DNA of 64,000 nt from an uncultured virus (IMG/VR IMGVR_UViG_2758568038_000001) (IMGVR_UViG_2758568038_000001); one strand, 5' to 3'. Shown: positions 44,180 through 54,239, numbered from the stretch's first letter. A program made the numbers and translations. Notes: generated by a model from the sequence alone, not told the origin.

Positions 44180-45010
44180 ATGATCCAAAACCGCTCTATG
44201 CTGGTCGATCTCACGATCAGCCGCTGGACCGCCGTCAAGCACGACCGCACTGTGTCGGCCGAGGTGGACCAGACGCACGCCGCCAAGCAAGGCGGGCGTT
44301 ATAACAAACACCTGATCGACAAGGCCCACCTGGCCGCTATCGACAGCGTCGCCAATGAGCTGCGCAAGTACCACTACTCGCGCACGCTCCCTTGGACCGA
44401 CAAGGGCCACCGCATCCTGCCCGCAGACTTGTTCTTCGATTACCAGCAGGAGCTGACGAAGTACAAGCAGCAGTTCCAGACGGCTGTCTCTGACTTCGTC
44501 AAGCTGTACCCCCAGCTGGTCCAGGACGCGCGCCTGCGCCTGGGCACGATGTACCGGCCCGAGGACTACCCACAGCCCAGTGACTTGTTCGGCATGTTCG
44601 ACATTTCTCTGGACATCGCCCCTGTGCCTGACGCTAACGACTTCCGCGTCGATGTGGCCCAGGAGACCCAGGACGAAATCCGCGCGCAGATCACCCAGGC
44701 CGTGGCCACGCGCCAGGCCAAGATGGTTAAGGACTGCTGGAGCCGCATGCGCGAAGTCGTCGGCCGTATCGCCGAACAGTGCGGCAAAGAGAAAGGCGTT
44801 ATCCGCGACTCACTCATGGACAACGCCCGTGACCTGGTCGCCGTACTCGGCGGCCTGAACGTCACCAACGACCCAGAGATTGCCGCCGTCGAGAACGACA
44901 TCCGCGACAAGCTGCTGGTACCCACAACCAGGCTTCGTGTCTCCCCCGGCGCTCGCGTTCAGACCGCACAGATTGCACGCGAGCTGCTCGAGCGCATGCC
45001 ACAGGAGTAA
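44180..45010 (+). CDS. helical hypothetical protein (DUF3150-like), 276 aa
   Basis: TLPW...G.RILP motif; adjacent to MoxR ATPase. Confidence 0.6.
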   Translation: MIQNRSMLVDLTISRWTAVKHDRTVSAEVDQTHAAKQGGRYNKHLIDKAHLAAIDSVANELRKYHYSRTLPWTDKGHRILPADLFFDYQQELTKYKQQFQTAVSDFVKLYPQLVQDARLRLGTMYRPEDYPQPSDLFGMFDISLDIAPVPDANDFRVDVAQETQDEIRAQITQAVATRQAKMVKDCWSRMREVVGRIAEQCGKEKGVIRDSLMDNARDLVAVLGGLNVTNDPEIAAVENDIRDKLLVPTTRLRVSPGARVQTAQIARELLERMPQE

Positions 45011-45014
45011 GCCC

Positions 45015-45764
45015 ATGTCATGGAGCAACAACTGCTACAAGCTCCCGCGCATCGCAGATTACGCGGCTGCTAAAAAGCGCTTCGACGACACGGCGCAACC
45101 GCGCACGTCTCGCTGGGGCACTTTTCAGCGCCCATTGGACGGCGCAAGGGCGTACCACAAGCGCATACAGTTCGACCCTTCGAATCAGGCGTATGAGCTG
45201 GTGCTTTACCACACACCGCTGGTGACGTACTACCCGGACGGCGCTGTCGCTGTGAGACCTGACAGCAGAAAGACGTCACGTGAGTTTCTCTATGCGACGC
45301 TGCCCCTTGGGCTGTCCGTAACAAGCCACGCGGACGAGACGATGGTCGTCGCCCACACCCTCGAGGGCCAAGCCTGGTATTCCGTAGCAGTCGGCGCCCT
45401 GCGTTTCGAACATTGTGGCAACCACCTGTGGCGACTCACCAGCCCAGCTGACCAGCGCGTGCGCGAGCGCATGTGTCTCAAACGCGCAGCCCTGGTGCGC
45501 AAAGCTACCAAGCCTTTTCTTGACTGGGTTCAGACAACCCGGGCGCTATGTGGCGAGCCCAGCACAAAGCCGAACGCGGTTCCGAAATACCCCGACAGCC
45601 TCGACGCATTCCAAGACACCGAACTGTGGCCCAGGCTCGCAGTCCGGGTTCCTGACCGAGCCACATGGATGCAAGGCGCCTACGACGCCTTCGGTGCGCG
45701 CACAGAGTTTGCAATCAGCAACCACGAGCCGCCTCGTCGTGGCCGTCACCCAAAGTTCAGCTGA
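45015..45764 (+). CDS. hypothetical protein, 249 aa
   Basis: AGGAG RBS, ATG at 45015. Confidence 0.7.
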   Translation: MSWSNNCYKLPRIADYAAAKKRFDDTAQPRTSRWGTFQRPLDGARAYHKRIQFDPSNQAYELVLYHTPLVTYYPDGAVAVRPDSRKTSREFLYATLPLGLSVTSHADETMVVAHTLEGQAWYSVAVGALRFEHCGNHLWRLTSPADQRVRERMCLKRAALVRKATKPFLDWVQTTRALCGEPSTKPNAVPKYPDSLDAFQDTELWPRLAVRVPDRATWMQGAYDAFGARTEFAISNHEPPRRGRHPKFS

Positions 45765-45943
45765 TGCTGACGGCACAAGAACAGAAAGAAATCCTGCGGC
45801 TCGCCCGACGGCTGGCCCAGGTTGGCCGCGCACGCGTCGAGATGAAGTGGCGCAACGGCCTGTCGCGCAAAAACATACACCTCGACCCGACCGTCAAAAA
45901 GGCCGAGGAAAAACTCATTGAATATTTGAAGGAAGTCGGATGA
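45764..45943 (+). CDS. hypothetical protein, 59 aa
   Basis: TGATG and ATGA coupling on both sides. Confidence 0.65.
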   Translation: MLTAQEQKEILRLARRLAQVGRARVEMKWRNGLSRKNIHLDPTVKKAEEKLIEYLKEVG

Positions 45944-46764
45944 AGCAAGCTGAAATTACAGTCGAGTATCTGGATCACCTTGGAACGGACCTTACGGTCG
46001 TAAACGCCGCCCGCACGTCGTTCGGGAAAGAGAGTGATTGGGTGTATGCCTACCCACCCGCAGACGCAGAAGGCAATCAGCTGGACCATGAACCACCCCA
46101 TGTACTAAGCCAGGCCGACGCCAACCTCATCCGCTTCCTGGCCACGGGGTTTCGCACCCAGGACTGGGACGCGCTGCTCAAAGAGATCATCGACCACGCG
46201 CAGCACGGTAGTGAAGGTGAGTTGACCGAAATCCTCCAGCACTACAAAAAGTCTGCACAGCACTGGGCACCCTTCGCTCACCCGCACATGCAGATTCGCA
46301 TGAAGCTGCCGATGTTCCTGGCTCGCCAGTTCGTCAAGCACCAGGTGGGTGGTGTGTGGTCCGAAGAGTCACGCCGCTACATGTCCAGTGAGCCGGAGTT
46401 CTGGTTTCCAAAAGAGTGGCACGGTCGTCCTGAAGACATCAAGCAGGGGAGCGGGTATGTCATCGGCCCGCAGGTATTTCAAGACGACCTGTCAGACCGA
46501 GCTGAAAAGGTGGCGGTGCACGCCTTGGACACCTACGAGGAGATGATTGCAGCCGGCGTTGCCCCCGAAGAAGCCCGTATCGTGCTGCCCCTGAACACCA
46601 TGACCACGGTGACCTGGACCGGCTCGCTACTGTTCTGGAGCCGCGTGTGCAACCAGCGCCTGGACAACCACGCCCAGAAAGCTGCAAACGAGCTGGCACA
46701 ACAGATCGCAGCCATCACACAACCGATATTCCCGGTCAGCTGGGCGGCACTGGTGGGAGAGTGA
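45940..46764 (+). CDS. thyX: FAD-dependent thymidylate synthase
   Basis: VNAARTSF, HWAPF.H, ARQFVKHQVG..WSEESRRY, APEEARIVLP, RLDNHAQ. Confidence 0.93.
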   Translation: MKQAEITVEYLDHLGTDLTVVNAARTSFGKESDWVYAYPPADAEGNQLDHEPPHVLSQADANLIRFLATGFRTQDWDALLKEIIDHAQHGSEGELTEILQHYKKSAQHWAPFAHPHMQIRMKLPMFLARQFVKHQVGGVWSEESRRYMSSEPEFWFPKEWHGRPEDIKQGSGYVIGPQVFQDDLSDRAEKVAVHALDTYEEMIAAGVAPEEARIVLPLNTMTTVTWTGSLLFWSRVCNQRLDNHAQKAANELAQQIAAITQPIFPVSWAALVGE

Positions 46765-46765
46765 C

Positions 46766-47845
46766 ATGAAAGTCACCCCCACCCACACCAGCGGCGCGGC
46801 AGACCTGCTCGACTTGATAGAAGCATATGCAGAGGCCCGCCACCGTCAAGGCCACAGCAGCTACAACGCGCAAACAGCTACTGCTCTGCAGGCTGTGAAG
46901 GACGCACTTGCTGCAGGGCAGGTCACAGCAGCGCCTGAAAACATCCGCGGCATCCTGGCTAGATGCCGTGATTTCATTGACACAACCAAGGCTCCTGCGT
47001 ACCCAGCGGGTGTAGATTTGGCCGACGAGATTGATGCGCTACTTGCAGCACAGCCAGCGCCCCAGCCTTCGCACGCAGCTCAGGCAGTGGTGCAAGACGA
47101 TCTCATTACGATTCGCAAGCCCACCACGAGTGCAGAAATGCTTTGGCTACTGAAGCTCGCACATCTTGTGATTTCAGATGTGGACAAGACACTGGAAGAA
47201 ACGTTTGCGCCAGCGCAGCCAGCAGCACAGCAGGGGGCGGCCTATGCGGCGACGCCCACCAGCAACTACGCGGGCCGGGTGTACGAAGAAGGCTTCCTGA
47301 TCGGTACATGCCCGCTTTATACCGCCGACCAAATGCGCGCCTTCGCAGACGCCACTTATGCCTTGCGCGCAGCCCATGGGCAAGCACCAGCCGATGCTGC
47401 ACCATCGGCTGGCGCAGTTGCGGGGCCGGATGACATTGATGCGATAGCTCTGACTCGCTACAAGGTGGTCCACTCGCACGACAGCATGATTCACCGTTTC
47501 GCAGTGGTGGCAGGTGACGGCAATCAGCAGCTCTACCTTGGCCGCGAAGTTGAGTGCGAAAACATGGCACGCAAGTTCGCCGGAGCGTTTCTTGACGGCG
47601 CGTTCTATCAGGCCAATATCACCCCGTCAACACAGGCGGCAGGGAGCGTGCCAGCGGTGGAGCGCGAACAGGAGCGCATCGCATTCAAGGATGCGCATCG
47701 GCACTTGGAGCTGTACGAAGTGCCTGACGCATGGGGGCGGCCCATGTTCAAGCACTCTCACGTTGAGGCAAGTTGGCTTGGCTGGATTGCCAGCGCATCC
47801 CATGGGCAAGCACCAGCCGCACCAAAAGGAGACATTGATGAGTGA
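46766..47845 (+). CDS. mosaic hypothetical protein, 359 aa
   Basis: Short modules joined by Ala/Gln/Pro linkers; lower GC. Confidence 0.7.
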   Translation: MKVTPTHTSGAADLLDLIEAYAEARHRQGHSSYNAQTATALQAVKDALAAGQVTAAPENIRGILARCRDFIDTTKAPAYPAGVDLADEIDALLAAQPAPQPSHAAQAVVQDDLITIRKPTTSAEMLWLLKLAHLVISDVDKTLEETFAPAQPAAQQGAAYAATPTSNYAGRVYEEGFLIGTCPLYTADQMRAFADATYALRAAHGQAPADAAPSAGAVAGPDDIDAIALTRYKVVHSHDSMIHRFAVVAGDGNQQLYLGREVECENMARKFAGAFLDGAFYQANITPSTQAAGSVPAVEREQERIAFKDAHRHLELYEVPDAWGRPMFKHSHVEASWLGWIASASHGQAPAAPKGDIDE

Positions 47846-48459
47846 CAAAACACAAAGCGAAGCCCGCCGCATTCTCGGCAACATGAGCCAGATGGACGGT
47901 TATCACGGCACGACTACGGCAGACGTGGTTGATTTCATGTGCGAGAACTACAGCATGACCGTTTTTTGCAAAGGGATACTTCGCAACATCGTTTTTACCC
48001 CAATTACGGCAAAGAGTTTTGCATTCAAAACGGAGGCAGTATGGATGCAATAGAAACGCTCATTTCTGTTTTATGTGACCCAGAGGGAAAATGCTGTATT
48101 TCTGGCTCTGACGATGACAGGCGCCTTATTGATTCTGCGCTCGCAGATCTCGCAGCAAATGCAGCTGACCGCGCAATTGAGGGCTGCCCTGAACTCAACA
48201 TGGGCAACTATGACGAGGTAGGGGTTGAACGCCTGAACGATTGGGCAATCCGCGCCGATGACGAAATCGACCGCCTCCACGCACTTGCTGCAGGGCAGGC
48301 CACAGCAGCACTAGCACAGCCAGCGCCTGAAAACATCCGCGGCATCCTGGCTAGATGCCGTGATTTCATTGACACAACCAAGGCTCCTGCGTACCCAGCG
48401 GGTGTAGATTTGGCCGACGAGATTGATGCGCTACTTGCAGCACAGCCAGCGCCCCAGCC
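46929..48459 (+). repeat. identical 139-bp direct repeat (46929-47067 and 48321-48459)
   Basis: Base-by-base comparison; encodes APENIRGILARCRDFIDTTKAPAYPAGVDLADEIDALLAAQPAPQP in both genes. Confidence 0.9.
47838..48053 (+). CDS. hypothetical protein, 71 aa
   Basis: AAGGAG RBS. Confidence 0.65.
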   Translation: MSDKTQSEARRILGNMSQMDGYHGTTTADVVDFMCENYSMTVFCKGILRNIVFTPITAKSFAFKTEAVWMQ

Positions 48460-49357
48460 AGCGCCAGTGCTTTGGTTGTCGCCTGAGCAGTTCGCTAATT
48501 TCGTGGATGCCGATGAAGCTCCGTTCGGCAAGTACATCCCCGCTCGCAAGACCAGCGCGGGCAAATTCACGATACCGCTTTTCGCAGCCCGTGCCCCAGC
48601 CTCAGCGCAGCCAGCAGCACAGCAGGGTTTGGCCCAGCAGGAGGCGCAGGAGCCAGCAACGGTGCCGAGGTTCAACTGTTGGTCAACCAACGAAGGTGAT
48701 AGCTGGTTCGACCACCCGGCAGATTCACAAGCAATCTACGATTGCCTTGGTAATGACGCCAAGGTTGGTGATGAGTACGAACTGACAGCAGGGTGGAAAA
48801 GTGTCACTGCGCGTTACCGAATCACAGAAGTAGTTGGCGATGGCGAGGAATACGAGGTGGAGTGCATCTCGCACCCGCATGAAAACTCAGCACCCCAGTC
48901 CCCCACGGCACAGGCAGACAGCGTGCCAGCGATTCAAGGAGAAACGAATGTTCAACTGGATACTGATCCAAACCCTACCGCACCCGGACAACAACGGGAC
49001 ATGGCTTGCTCGTTGGCGCTGGGACAACCAGTGGGCAACGGGTCGGACCAAGTCGCAGGCCATCCTAGCGCTCAAGGAGACAAGCTACTGACCGTAGCCG
49101 AGCGGAACATCCGAAGTTTCCTTCGCAGCGCGACATTCAAAAGCGAGTCAGACCGCGAGGCGGCGCTCAACTGCGTCGATGTTCTGTGGGAAGCAGCCCG
49201 TGCCCCGGCAGACAGCGTGCAGGAGGATGCTGCGCGGCTGGATTGGTTGCTACTGCGTATCTCAGGCGCAGAGTTCCGGCGTCTCGGTGTCCACTATTCC
49301 GGCAACGCCAGACGTGCTGACGTGGACGCAGCCCGCAAGCAAGGAGAAACCAAATGA
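48041..49357 (+). CDS. mosaic hypothetical protein, 438 aa
   Basis: GGAGG RBS before ATG 48041; shares modules with 46766-47845. Confidence 0.7.
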   Translation: MDAIETLISVLCDPEGKCCISGSDDDRRLIDSALADLAANAADRAIEGCPELNMGNYDEVGVERLNDWAIRADDEIDRLHALAAGQATAALAQPAPENIRGILARCRDFIDTTKAPAYPAGVDLADEIDALLAAQPAPQPAPVLWLSPEQFANFVDADEAPFGKYIPARKTSAGKFTIPLFAARAPASAQPAAQQGLAQQEAQEPATVPRFNCWSTNEGDSWFDHPADSQAIYDCLGNDAKVGDEYELTAGWKSVTARYRITEVVGDGEEYEVECISHPHENSAPQSPTAQADSVPAIQGETNVQLDTDPNPTAPGQQRDMACSLALGQPVGNGSDQVAGHPSAQGDKLLTVAERNIRSFLRSATFKSESDREAALNCVDVLWEAARAPADSVQEDAARLDWLLLRISGAEFRRLGVHYSGNARRADVDAARKQGETK

Positions 49358-49884
49358 CTGAACCAACGCAACCGACACCTACAGATGCAGATCTGGATGG
49401 GCTGATCTCCACCTATCTCAAGCGTATGTATCCGCAAGACAACCAACCGCATTTTGAGCGGGCAATCATGCGCGCAGTCCTTGCCAAGTGGGGCACACCT
49501 GCAGGGGCGGGAGCGCCGGTGGCGCCGGACTTCTACACCGCCTGTGCTTGGTATGAGGGTGGCGGTGAGGCTGGCTGGATACCACTTCCAGGCTACAGCA
49601 ATGAGACAGAGCATGGCGTGAGGCACCTAGTTCTGGAGGCCGCTCGCAAGGAGGGCTACAAGGGGACGGTGGCTGGTCGCCTACTTGCGCTGGGCTGGGA
49701 GATTCGCCCTGTTTACCTCACCCCGCAGCCCACCCAGGCGCAGGCCGGGGCGGTGCCGCTGACGGATGAGCAGATCCGGGCGATGCTCAACAAGCACCCG
49801 CCTGAAGACGTGTGCGGCTGGAGCTATCGCATGGGCATAGATGATGCCGAGCTACATCACGGCATCAAGAGGCCAGCATGTTGA
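49354..49884 (+). CDS. mosaic hypothetical protein, 176 aa
   Basis: AAGGAG RBS, ATGA coupling. Confidence 0.7.
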   Translation: MTEPTQPTPTDADLDGLISTYLKRMYPQDNQPHFERAIMRAVLAKWGTPAGAGAPVAPDFYTACAWYEGGGEAGWIPLPGYSNETEHGVRHLVLEAARKEGYKGTVAGRLLALGWEIRPVYLTPQPTQAQAGAVPLTDEQIRAMLNKHPPEDVCGWSYRMGIDDAELHHGIKRPAC

Positions 49885-50132
49885 ATGACTGGGCAAAGAT
49901 GAACCGCATGGTTCGTATCACCCACGAACCTACTGGTGTCACCGCTGTAGCCAGTGAATACCGCTCTCAGCATCGCAACCGTGATGCCGCCTACGCACAA
50001 CTCAGGTCAAAGGTGGCAGTCGGCTCTGTGTTCCCACTTCCACTGCGGGTCACCTACGAGTTCCCGGATGGTGAGCCGTGTCCGGATGACATCAACAAGC
50101 ACAGGCAAGGAGGCCAGCATGGCACTGAGTGA
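49878..50132 (+). CDS. release-factor (RF-1 domain)-like mini-protein lacking GGQ, 84 aa
   Basis: VRITHEPTGVTAVASEYRSQHRNRDAAYAQLRSKV matches the VRITH.PTG...RSQH.N signature. Confidence 0.75.
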   Translation: MLNDWAKMNRMVRITHEPTGVTAVASEYRSQHRNRDAAYAQLRSKVAVGSVFPLPLRVTYEFPDGEPCPDDINKHRQGGQHGTE

Positions 50133-50385
50133 ACTCGACATGATGAATCTTTGGGCGAAGCAACTGACAGGCTACAAGTCACAATGGGGGCGACTGTTTG
50201 GATTTGGGTATGCCGTCGAAGCCGAAGTGCGCAAGAGCGACGATGTGCTGATTCGGCGCCTGGTGGAGGCGTTGGTCGATCTTGTGGAGGCGGGAGAGGA
50301 CGCATGGGGTGATGAAAGACCTTGTGTTCGCATCGGGAAAGAGGAAATCACAGCTGCCCTCGCAAGACTACAAAACCAATCATGA
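50119..50385 (+). CDS. hypothetical protein, 88 aa
   Basis: AGGAGG RBS. Confidence 0.65.
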   Translation: MALSELDMMNLWAKQLTGYKSQWGRLFGFGYAVEAEVRKSDDVLIRRLVEALVDLVEAGEDAWGDERPCVRIGKEEITAALARLQNQS

Positions 50386-50525
50386 AACAACCTGACGTAT
50401 TCCTTTTGCGCCGCAATGGTGCCCTCATTGCCGTGTTCTCTACAGAGGACAAGGCAGTTACCTACATGAAAACCAAGCGCAAGAATGGAGAATTTTGGCG
50501 CATTGGACAGAAAGAAGTGCAATGA
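50382..50525 (+). CDS. hypothetical protein, 47 aa
   Basis: ATGA coupling. Confidence 0.5.
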   Translation: MKQPDVFLLRRNGALIAVFSTEDKAVTYMKTKRKNGEFWRIGQKEVQ

Positions 50526-50683
50526 CAACAAAAATTGAACGGGCATCGCCCCTCGCGGGCCACGCATTCCGCCCAAGCCGCGTGAGCGACATGAGCCCGT
50601 CGAAGTGCGCGTCGAAACGCTCCCAGTGCCTGAACGCCCATACAAGACGACCTTCATAGGCGCCAACCCCTGGGGAGTTTGAG

Positions 50684-50926
50684 ATGAAGAAGAGCCTGCC
50701 CAAGGGCTGGGCGATGCACGCCTACGACGACGAGATTCTTTGGTGGAACGGGGTTTCTGTAGAGCATGACGCCCCGGTGGTCGTCGCCAAAACCCCATTC
50801 GTACCCGGCTTCTTCGTCGCCAAGCTCGTCGGGCACAACGACGACACAGACAACTGCGCCTACCCCATCGCCGGCCCGTTCAGATCACTCCACGCTGCTA
50901 TCGCAGCTATAGCACTCATATCATGA
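50684..50926 (+). CDS. hypothetical protein, 80 aa
   Basis: GGAG RBS, ATGA coupling to next gene. Confidence 0.6.
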   Translation: MKKSLPKGWAMHAYDDEILWWNGVSVEHDAPVVVAKTPFVPGFFVAKLVGHNDDTDNCAYPIAGPFRSLHAAIAAIALIS

Positions 50927-52026
50927 CTACCAACGCCCAAGCCGCCCACAAGCTCACTGTCGCCCGCTCGCAACTCATTCTCAGCCAACCATTCTTCGGA
51001 ATGCTGGCGCTGCGGCTCCGTCTGGTCGAGCGCGCCGGCATCAAGACGCTCGCCGTTGACGGCAAGAATGTCTTCTACAACCCTGACTTCGTGCTCGGCC
51101 TGACCGACACACTGTGCCGAAGCGCGATGGCCCACGAAGTCATGCACTGTGTGTTCGACCACATCACACGCTGCGGCAGCCGCGAGCCGAAGAAATGGAA
51201 CTACGCTGGCGACTATGTCATCAACCAGCTCCTGTCCGACGCGAATTTCGAGATTGGTGAGGGCTGGCTGCTCGATGCCCGCTACAAGGGCATGCACGCC
51301 GACCAGGTCTACGCACTGCTTCCCGACGACCCTGAAGGCGACGGCAGTAGCGGCCAGGGCCCACTCGACGAGATGATGCCCGGCGACGCCTCCAGCACCG
51401 CAGCCGACGCCACCGAGTGGAAGATCGCCACGATCCAGGCTGTTGCAGCCGCCAAGGCTGTAGGCAAATTGCCTGGTTCACTCCAGCGCTTCGTCGAAGA
51501 CTCGACCCGGCCCCAGGTCGACTGGCGCGACCGTCTGCGCCAGTTCGTCACGCAGACCAACAAGGACGATTACAGCTGGGCCCGACCCAACCGCCGCTAT
51601 CTCAGCGCCGGTCTGTATCTGTCTGGCCTGTACAGCGAGAACATGGGGCCCGTTGTGGTCGGTATCGACACATCCGGCTCCATCGACGATAAGACTCTGC
51701 AGACCTTCGGTGGCGAGATCCGCGCGCTCGTGCAGGCTGTACGCCCGTCCGAAGTCCACATCGTCTACTGCGACGCCGAAGTGAACCACGTCGATGTTTT
51801 CTCGCCCTACGACGACATGAAGTTCGCCCCGCACGGCGGTGGCGGCACGGCGTTCAAGCCGGTATTCGACTACGTGACCGAGAAGAACCTCAAGCCCGAG
51901 TGCCTGGTGTATTTGAGTGATCTTTATGGCGATCACCACTTCACCCCACCCGACTTCCCCACCCTGTGGTGCTGCACGACGAACGAGACCGCGTCGTTCG
52001 GTGACACGATTCGCATTGAGGTATAG
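50923..52026 (+). CDS. metallopeptidase-like plus vWA domain protein (DUF2201-like), 367 aa
   Basis: HEVMH, WNYAGDYVIN, MIDAS DTSGS, GGGGT.F, YLSD. Confidence 0.88.
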   Translation: MTTNAQAAHKLTVARSQLILSQPFFGMLALRLRLVERAGIKTLAVDGKNVFYNPDFVLGLTDTLCRSAMAHEVMHCVFDHITRCGSREPKKWNYAGDYVINQLLSDANFEIGEGWLLDARYKGMHADQVYALLPDDPEGDGSSGQGPLDEMMPGDASSTAADATEWKIATIQAVAAAKAVGKLPGSLQRFVEDSTRPQVDWRDRLRQFVTQTNKDDYSWARPNRRYLSAGLYLSGLYSENMGPVVVGIDTSGSIDDKTLQTFGGEIRALVQAVRPSEVHIVYCDAEVNHVDVFSPYDDMKFAPHGGGGTAFKPVFDYVTEKNLKPECLVYLSDLYGDHHFTPPDFPTLWCCTTNETASFGDTIRIEV

Positions 52027-52059
52027 TCGTTCATCTTTGGACGACATGAAGAAGACAAC

Positions 52060-52887
52060 ATGACAATTTCAAGCTGGTCACACTCCAAGCTCGGCGACTT
52101 CGAGAAGTGCAAGTTCCTCTGCTGGCTCAAACATGACCAGAAGATCCCAGAGCCCGAACGACCGTTACCACCCGGCCGGTCGGAGCACGCCAATGATCGC
52201 GGCACGCGCATCCACACGTCCTGCGAGCTCTACATCAACGGCACGAACAACGAACTCGCGCCAGAAGCCGAGAAATATTTTGGCTTTCAGATCGAACTTC
52301 TTCGTTCGATGCACAAAGATGGTCTCGTAAGCCTGGAAGGCGAGTGGGCCATGAACCGCAACTGGGAGCCCTGCGGCTGGAACGGCGATTGGATCGAATC
52401 CGACGACCTGCAGCACACCGGCACCGCCCGTAAGCTGCCCGAGCGTGGCCGCGAAGGCGACATCATCAAGGTCGGCAAGAAGGTCTTCGCGTGGGTGCCC
52501 GCCTGGCTGCGCCTGAAGCTCGACGCGATGGTCATGCACGACGAGCGCACAGCCACCGTCATCGACTTCAAGTCCGGGCGCAAGTTCGGCAACGAAGTCA
52601 AGCACGCCGAGCAGCTGCAGCTGTACCAGCTGGTCACGTTCTTGCGCTACCCCAAGCTCGAGACTGTGTTTGCCGAGCTGTGGTACCTGGACCAGAAGGA
52701 AGGCGAGAACCTTACCTCTCAGAAGTTCATGCGCAGCCAAGGCCTGCGCTTCAAGCCTCGCTTCCACCAGCGCGGTGACGCACTCACGACATGCGACACC
52801 TGGCCGGCCAACCCTTCCCGCTTCACCTGCCAATGGTGCCAGTACGGCCCCTGGAACGGTGGGCAATGTCAAGTAGGTGTGAGATGA
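52060..52887 (+). CDS. PD-(D/E)XK Cas4/RecB-like exonuclease, 275 aa
   Basis: WSHS...C, RGTRIH, KLD...VIDFKSG, QLQLY, CQWCQY...C. Confidence 0.87.
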   Translation: MTISSWSHSKLGDFEKCKFLCWLKHDQKIPEPERPLPPGRSEHANDRGTRIHTSCELYINGTNNELAPEAEKYFGFQIELLRSMHKDGLVSLEGEWAMNRNWEPCGWNGDWIESDDLQHTGTARKLPERGREGDIIKVGKKVFAWVPAWLRLKLDAMVMHDERTATVIDFKSGRKFGNEVKHAEQLQLYQLVTFLRYPKLETVFAELWYLDQKEGENLTSQKFMRSQGLRFKPRFHQRGDALTTCDTWPANPSRFTCQWCQYGPWNGGQCQVGVR

Positions 52888-54239
52888 CCAAAGCCTTCGC
52901 ACATCAGCTCAAGTCCCTCAAACACGACCTCACCACTGACGTCGTGTTCGACACCAGCGACCCCGGCACTGGCAAGACATTCGTCGCCATCAAAGCCTTC
53001 GAGCGCCGGCGCAAGAAAAAGACCGGCTGCGCTCTCATCCTCGCGCCAAAGTCCCTGCTGCGCAGCACCTGGGCGGCCGACTTCAAGAAGTTCGCCCCCG
53101 CACTCAAAGTCGTGGTGGCTACGGCTGACGTGCGCGCCTCGACATTCGACCAGGACGCCGACGCCTATGTCACCAACACTGACGCCGTCAAGTGGCTGGC
53201 CAAGCAGCCCAAGGCGTTCTTCAAGCGCTTCGACACACTCATTGTTGATGAGTCCAGCGCCTACAAGCACGCCACCAGTCTGCGCAGCAAAGCGGTTGCC
53301 AAGATCGCCAGCTACTTCAAATACAAGCGAGCGATGACCGGCACGCCCAACGGCCGCTCGATCACGGACGTGTGGCACCAGGTCATGCTGCTCGATGGCG
53401 GCCACCGCCTGGGCCGGTCGTTCTTCGCCTTCCGCAACAGCGTGTGCGTGCCTACCCAGGTCGGCCGCAACGACAAAGCAATTCGTTGGGACGACAAGGA
53501 CGGCGCGGAAGAGGCCGTGTTCGGTCTGCTCAGCGACATCGTCATCCGCCACAAGTTCGAGGACTGCGTCGACATCCCGGCCAACCACCGGTACACGATG
53601 AGCTACGAGCTGACGGCCAAGCAGCGCAAGGCCTACGACCAGATGGAGCAGACGCAGATGCTCTGGCTCAAAGGCAAGGAACCATCTGTCATCGCCGTCA
53701 ACGCTGCCGTGGTGGCCAACAAGCTGCTGCAGGTCGCTTCAGGTGCCGTGTACGGTACAGGCCCGGACCCCGTCATTGTCGACGACGGGCGCTACAAGAT
53801 GGTGCTTGACCTGGTCGAAGAGCGCAAGCACAGCCTGGTGTTCTTCCACTGGAAGCATCAGCGCGATGCCCTAGCAGCCGAAGCCGACAAGCGGGGCATT
53901 GAGTTCTGCGTCATTGACGGCTCAGTGAATGAACATGAACGCGACCGCCTCGTTACTGCCTACCAGGCAGGGCGCTACCAAGTCATGTTCGCGCACCCCC
54001 GCTCCGCAGCCCACGGCCTCACGCTCACGCGCGGCACGGCCACGATCTGGGCCTCACCGACCTATGACCTGGAGCTGTTTGAGCAAGGCTCCAAGCGCCA
54101 GCACCGCATGGGCCAGACGCAGAAAACCGAGACCATCACGGTCCTCGCACCCGGCACGATTGACGAGCGGGTGTACGAGATCCTGCAGAAGAAGAACGCC
54201 CGCATGTCCAACCTTCTCGACCTGTTCGCTACGCTATGA
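52884..54239 (+). CDS. SNF2-like SF2 helicase, 451 aa
   Basis: DPGTGKT, VDESS, MTGTP, AHGLTL, RQHRMGQ. Confidence 0.9.
   Translation: MTKAFAHQLKSLKHDLTTDVVFDTSDPGTGKTFVAIKAFERRRKKKTGCALILAPKSLLRSTWAADFKKFAPALKVVVATADVRASTFDQDADAYVTNTDAVKWLAKQPKAFFKRFDTLIVDESSAYKHATSLRSKAVAKIASYFKYKRAMTGTPNGRSITDVWHQVMLLDGGHRLGRSFFAFRNSVCVPTQVGRNDKAIRWDDKDGAEEAVFGLLSDIVIRHKFEDCVDIPANHRYTMSYELTAKQRKAYDQMEQTQMLWLKGKEPSVIAVNAAVVANKLLQVASGAVYGTGPDPVIVDDGRYKMVLDLVEERKHSLVFFHWKHQRDALAAEADKRGIEFCVIDGSVNEHERDRLVTAYQAGRYQVMFAHPRSAAHGLTLTRGTATIWASPTYDLELFEQGSKRQHRMGQTQKTETITVLAPGTIDERVYEILQKKNARMSNLLDLFATL

Noticed and set aside
52060..52887. Cas4-like gene as part of a CRISPR-Cas system
   Set aside because: Solo nuclease in a replication module; no array or other cas genes.
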